Assembly: GCA_050230475.1 (NCBI GenBank)
Contig: JBFLGF010000060.1
Span: 62,001-87,709, forward strand
DNA length: 25,709 nt
Direction of reading: 5' to 3'
Source: Ancylonema sp.
Lineage: Eukaryota
Part shown: piece by piece, positions 22,357 through 25,709 of the stretch
Layout: each line of letters begins with the position of its first letter
Position numbering within the stretch: the first letter of the stretch is position 1
The notes under the pieces: model-generated
What the model was told of the DNA's origin: nothing
The model's input: the letters and a program-made list of their open reading frames with translations, nothing else
Database searches by the model: none
Made by a program: the position numbers and the translations under genes

Positions 22357-22687
22357 GGGCGGTTGTCGTCTATTTTTTGTTCCAATATTCCGATCTTGAT
22401 GTGGCCACCATCGAAAGTCCTTGAACCCTTCGGATGTCATGCCGCTAGAGATCGCTGAGTAGGTTTTCCTATCTTCTCATATTAAACCCCTCTAGCAACA
22501 TAATTGTTGTAACCAACCAGTTAGATATAGGATAAATATTGACTAAAATATTTTTTCCCGGTCTTACCAATATATAGTTATGCAAGCATTACACGCTGTA
22601 ACATAATATGCCACTCTGTTACTCTAGTGTACACCGCGTTATATTATAGCCGCAATGTCTACAGAGAATTGATTCCAGACCCGTGTT

Positions 22688-22758
22688 GCGTACTGATCGC
22701 AGTATGTAGCACGGCGTACTGCGTACAGCGTACGTGCGGCGTACTGCGATCAGTACGC
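22688..22758. repeat. Hairpin / short inverted repeat
   Basis: Perfect 17-bp arms gcgtactgatcgcagta (22688-22704) and tactgcgatcagtacgc (22742-22758), with internal cgtac motifs. Confidence 0.85.
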
Positions 22759-24431
22759 CGGATCGTTTAGGCATCCGGGAATACTTAGCCGCATACGAAC
22801 TTCTAATTTTGGTCGTGGCGTCCGGGTCCGGGACACGTCCCGGACGCGTCCGGAGATCCCCGGACGGTCCAGGACCCGACTATGGTACGGATCAAGTAGA
22901 ATGGGATTTAGTGATGGCAGCTCGGCGGTACTTAAAGGTCGAAGCACACCATGAATGACATCAATTTTTTCGCGAATTCACGGGTCCACCCATTGCCGAT
23001 ACAAACAAAGATATATGACGGGAGTGTTATTCTAACATTGCCTTTTACATTATCCAAGGTCACATGGACCGTCAACCGGAACCAACCAGACCAACCACAC
23101 CATTCATTGAACTGACAAAACTCGAGGTGTTGATCACAATGCTTAAACAATGGTTTAGAACATCAACACGCGGGAACAACATGACATGAAGTTTTCTTTT
23201 CTCTCTTCTTCTTCATCTGCGAAATGTACGAAAGAATGTCAGCGCAACATATGTATCGTAAAGTTTCAAAGCATGATGAGGTATGCACTCGATGCGGATA
23301 AATCGTGGCAGCCAAGGAATGGAGTAATCGGGAGCCGCCGTGGGTCGGGTGACGCTGGTTCACGTAGAGCGGCGATTATGCCACTCGCCAGGCACGGAAA
23401 ACCGAGATACTACGTCAGCATCGATTTTACATATAATTTGACGGCGAGTTTTAGACGGCCAAAATCCCATACGGTACTCGAACTAACGGCTGGGTATAAC
23501 GAGAACCACGAATACCACGAGATACCAACTAATAAGAGCATAGCTTATGGGACTTCGTCGACTTTGGTCGGGGAGACCCCCTAAATTAATCGAATCCCCA
23601 ACCAACATGAAAATAAATCGACAATTGCTGCTTATGGGAACCAAAGTGATTTGAAAATCCAATTTGAAAATCGTCAGAGTGATCCTAGGGATTTGGCGCC
23701 TGAATCCTCAATAAAATCACTCTGGGGATTCATTCTCAGGATTTGTGAGCCAATCAAAGCAGAGCAGACTCGTTTTTTGTCCGTACGTCCTATTTGAGTC
23801 GTAAAAAGAAAGCGTAGCTCCCGCAACTAATAGGCGACGATAACTCCCGTAAAATACCTACGGAATCTAGGGGGCTTTATTCTCACGCGTTGGATGCGGT
23901 ACTCCGGTCCCGAAAGTTATTATAAACCGTACGATGGATTGTATGGTAATGATTGTTCGAGATACGATGCGTCGTCGTGTGCTACCGTAGCACTGAATTT
24001 GAGATCGGTGGAGCTCCTATAAGTAGTACGACGAGGCATACCGTCCAAATTCACGTATTTCAAGTTGGGGATTTCGAAAAAGCCGTACAATATTTGTACA
24101 TTTCTCCCAACCAAACTCGGCGAATCCTCAATTCCATAAGCTATGCTCTTAAGACGTACACGCCCGTCAAAATCTCCGCTGGACGGCGCCCGCGGGCGAA
24201 ACGCGCGTGGGAATGTCCACGTGGCGTGCGGGTATAGAGTGCTTTTTTAGGGTTCTGGTGTTTTCAGTTTTTAAAACTTCACAGTAATCGAAATAAACAA
24301 ATAAGTAGTGTTGATATCAACTACATAAAACTTTTTACCATAACTTTTTTCCATCTACATGATTTTTTTTTTAATTTTTGAATACCATAAATACCCAGAA
24401 GCTATGCTTTTTTAAATTTGCTATTTTGGGA

Positions 24432-25230
24432 TGGAAGAGACTGCGAACTCCCCCAAAAGCGACTGCGGGCACCCCCCTCCGACTGCCCGCAGTGTCTCTC
24501 TTCAAAATAGCCAAGTTCAAAAAATCATATCTTCTTATTTTTTTTGCGCTATGTGATTTTTTTTTCTGCGTATTGTAAAGGGGACTACTTAGTTTATATC
24601 AACGTTTTTTTTTTTTTTTCCAACCAGTGGATTAAAAAAAAAAAAAAAGGGAGAGACTTCGGGTTATCGGAGGGGGGTGCCCGCAATCGCTTAGGGGGGT
24701 GCCCGCACTCTCTCCCTTTTGAAATCCCGAAATCAGCGCGCCTAGTCACAGGCGGCCGGGCGGCGCCCGCCGGCGTTACCGCCCGAGGGCGAAGACGAGC
24801 GGAATTATCCCCGCCCGCGGGCGGATACATCTATGACCATAACTGAGTTGCGGATACGCGTTCCCTATTTTCAATGGGAGAGACAGTGGGCATCCCCCGA
24901 AGCATAGTTGGGCGCGCACCGTGCGCAAAATTTGTGCACGCGTGCGACACGTGTGCCGCACCGGGAAATTTTAGTAATCGAATTTCGGACGTCGAAATTT
25001 GACCAAGGAGTGAGTACTGGCCATTTTGCACTGTATTTAGTTCGATATGCCATCTTAGGTCCTAAATTATATGGTGTATGTATACTCTCCTCTACAGTAC
25101 ACATTAAAAAAAAATTAAAATATCGCAAAACGTTTGGAAGCTACGATTTTTTGAACTTGCCTATTTTTAAGGGAAAGACGGCGGGCCAGACGGAGGGGGG
25201 TGCCCATAGTCGCTTTGGGTGGTGCCCGCT
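24432..25230. repeat. Foldback-like array of about 70-bp GC-rich units in both orientations
   Basis: Unit gggagagac...ggaggggggtgcccgc..tcgc...ggggtgcccgc occurs at about 24649-24717 and 25171-25230, and inverted at about 24432-24503. A partial inverted copy lies at about 24876-24903. Confidence 0.75.
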
Positions 25231-25234
25231 AGAG

Positions 25235-25640
25235 TGGGGGTTAAATCTTAACCCTGATAACCCCTAACCCTTAATCTCGAGGTTAATATCTTGATTTAAC
25301 CCTGCTCCCGAAAACAAGATTAAAACCCTGAGGTTACACGGGTTGGCCATGATTTAACCCGATAATCCGATATTTTAGGACTAACTTCACCGCCGCCGCC
25401 GCCGCCGCTGCCGCCGATACGGGTACTTCCAGGTACAGAAAACTCGTCTATAATTATATTGTGCCAATTCATAACCTCTTTCATTTTCCACCCGATTTCA
25501 AGTGAATTCCCGAAATCTGACGTGTTAATTAATAACCTGTCCGATTCATTTTGTTCCGGTTCGTCATATTAATTTTGACAGGTATTTAAGGGTTGATAAC
25601 CCGAGTGTTAAGCAGGGTTGATTAGGGTTATCAAGATTAT
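25235..25640. repeat. TAACCC/GGGTT-motif-rich MITE-like remnant with internal (GCC)n
   Basis: taaccc motifs on the left, gggtt(a) motifs on the right, and a (gcc)n run at about 25390-25416. Confidence 0.5.
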
Positions 25641-25709
25641 TCAGGATTTTAGCAATGTTACGTGATAGGTGTGCAAGATCGTGTGAATCTTTCCGTACAA
25701 GGAACTACG

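Noticed and set aside
25240..25640. Interstitial telomere
   Set aside because: The TAACCC motifs are scattered and convergently oriented, not a tandem (TTTAGGG)n or (TTAGGG)n array.

Overview
Eukaryotic window, most likely from a green plant or streptophyte alga (inferred from the LSD1-type gene, GT-AG introns and copia/hAT/Tourist-type elements). It contains two intron-containing genes on the minus strand that the ORF track only shows in pieces. One is a 4-exon LSD1/LOL1-family triple zinc-finger gene (6560->5116, 258 aa) that combines a LOL1-like N-terminus with the LSD1 C-terminal motif. The other is a 5-exon gene with consistent splice phases (12552->10920, 334 aa) that I do not recognise; it has beta-barrel-like sequence patterning. 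There are also two decayed Ty1/copia LTR retrotransposons. One is complete in outline (17099-22356: 589-bp LTRs, GGGCG target-site duplication (TSD), primer-binding site (PBS), polypurine tract (PPT)) but lacks the RT core. The other runs off the left edge, with protease joined in frame to RNase H. The remainder is a mosaic of MITEs, hAT-like elements with terminal inverted repeats (TIRs) and simple repeats. No rRNA, tRNA or CRISPR array was seen. All gene models are manual and have no transcript support.
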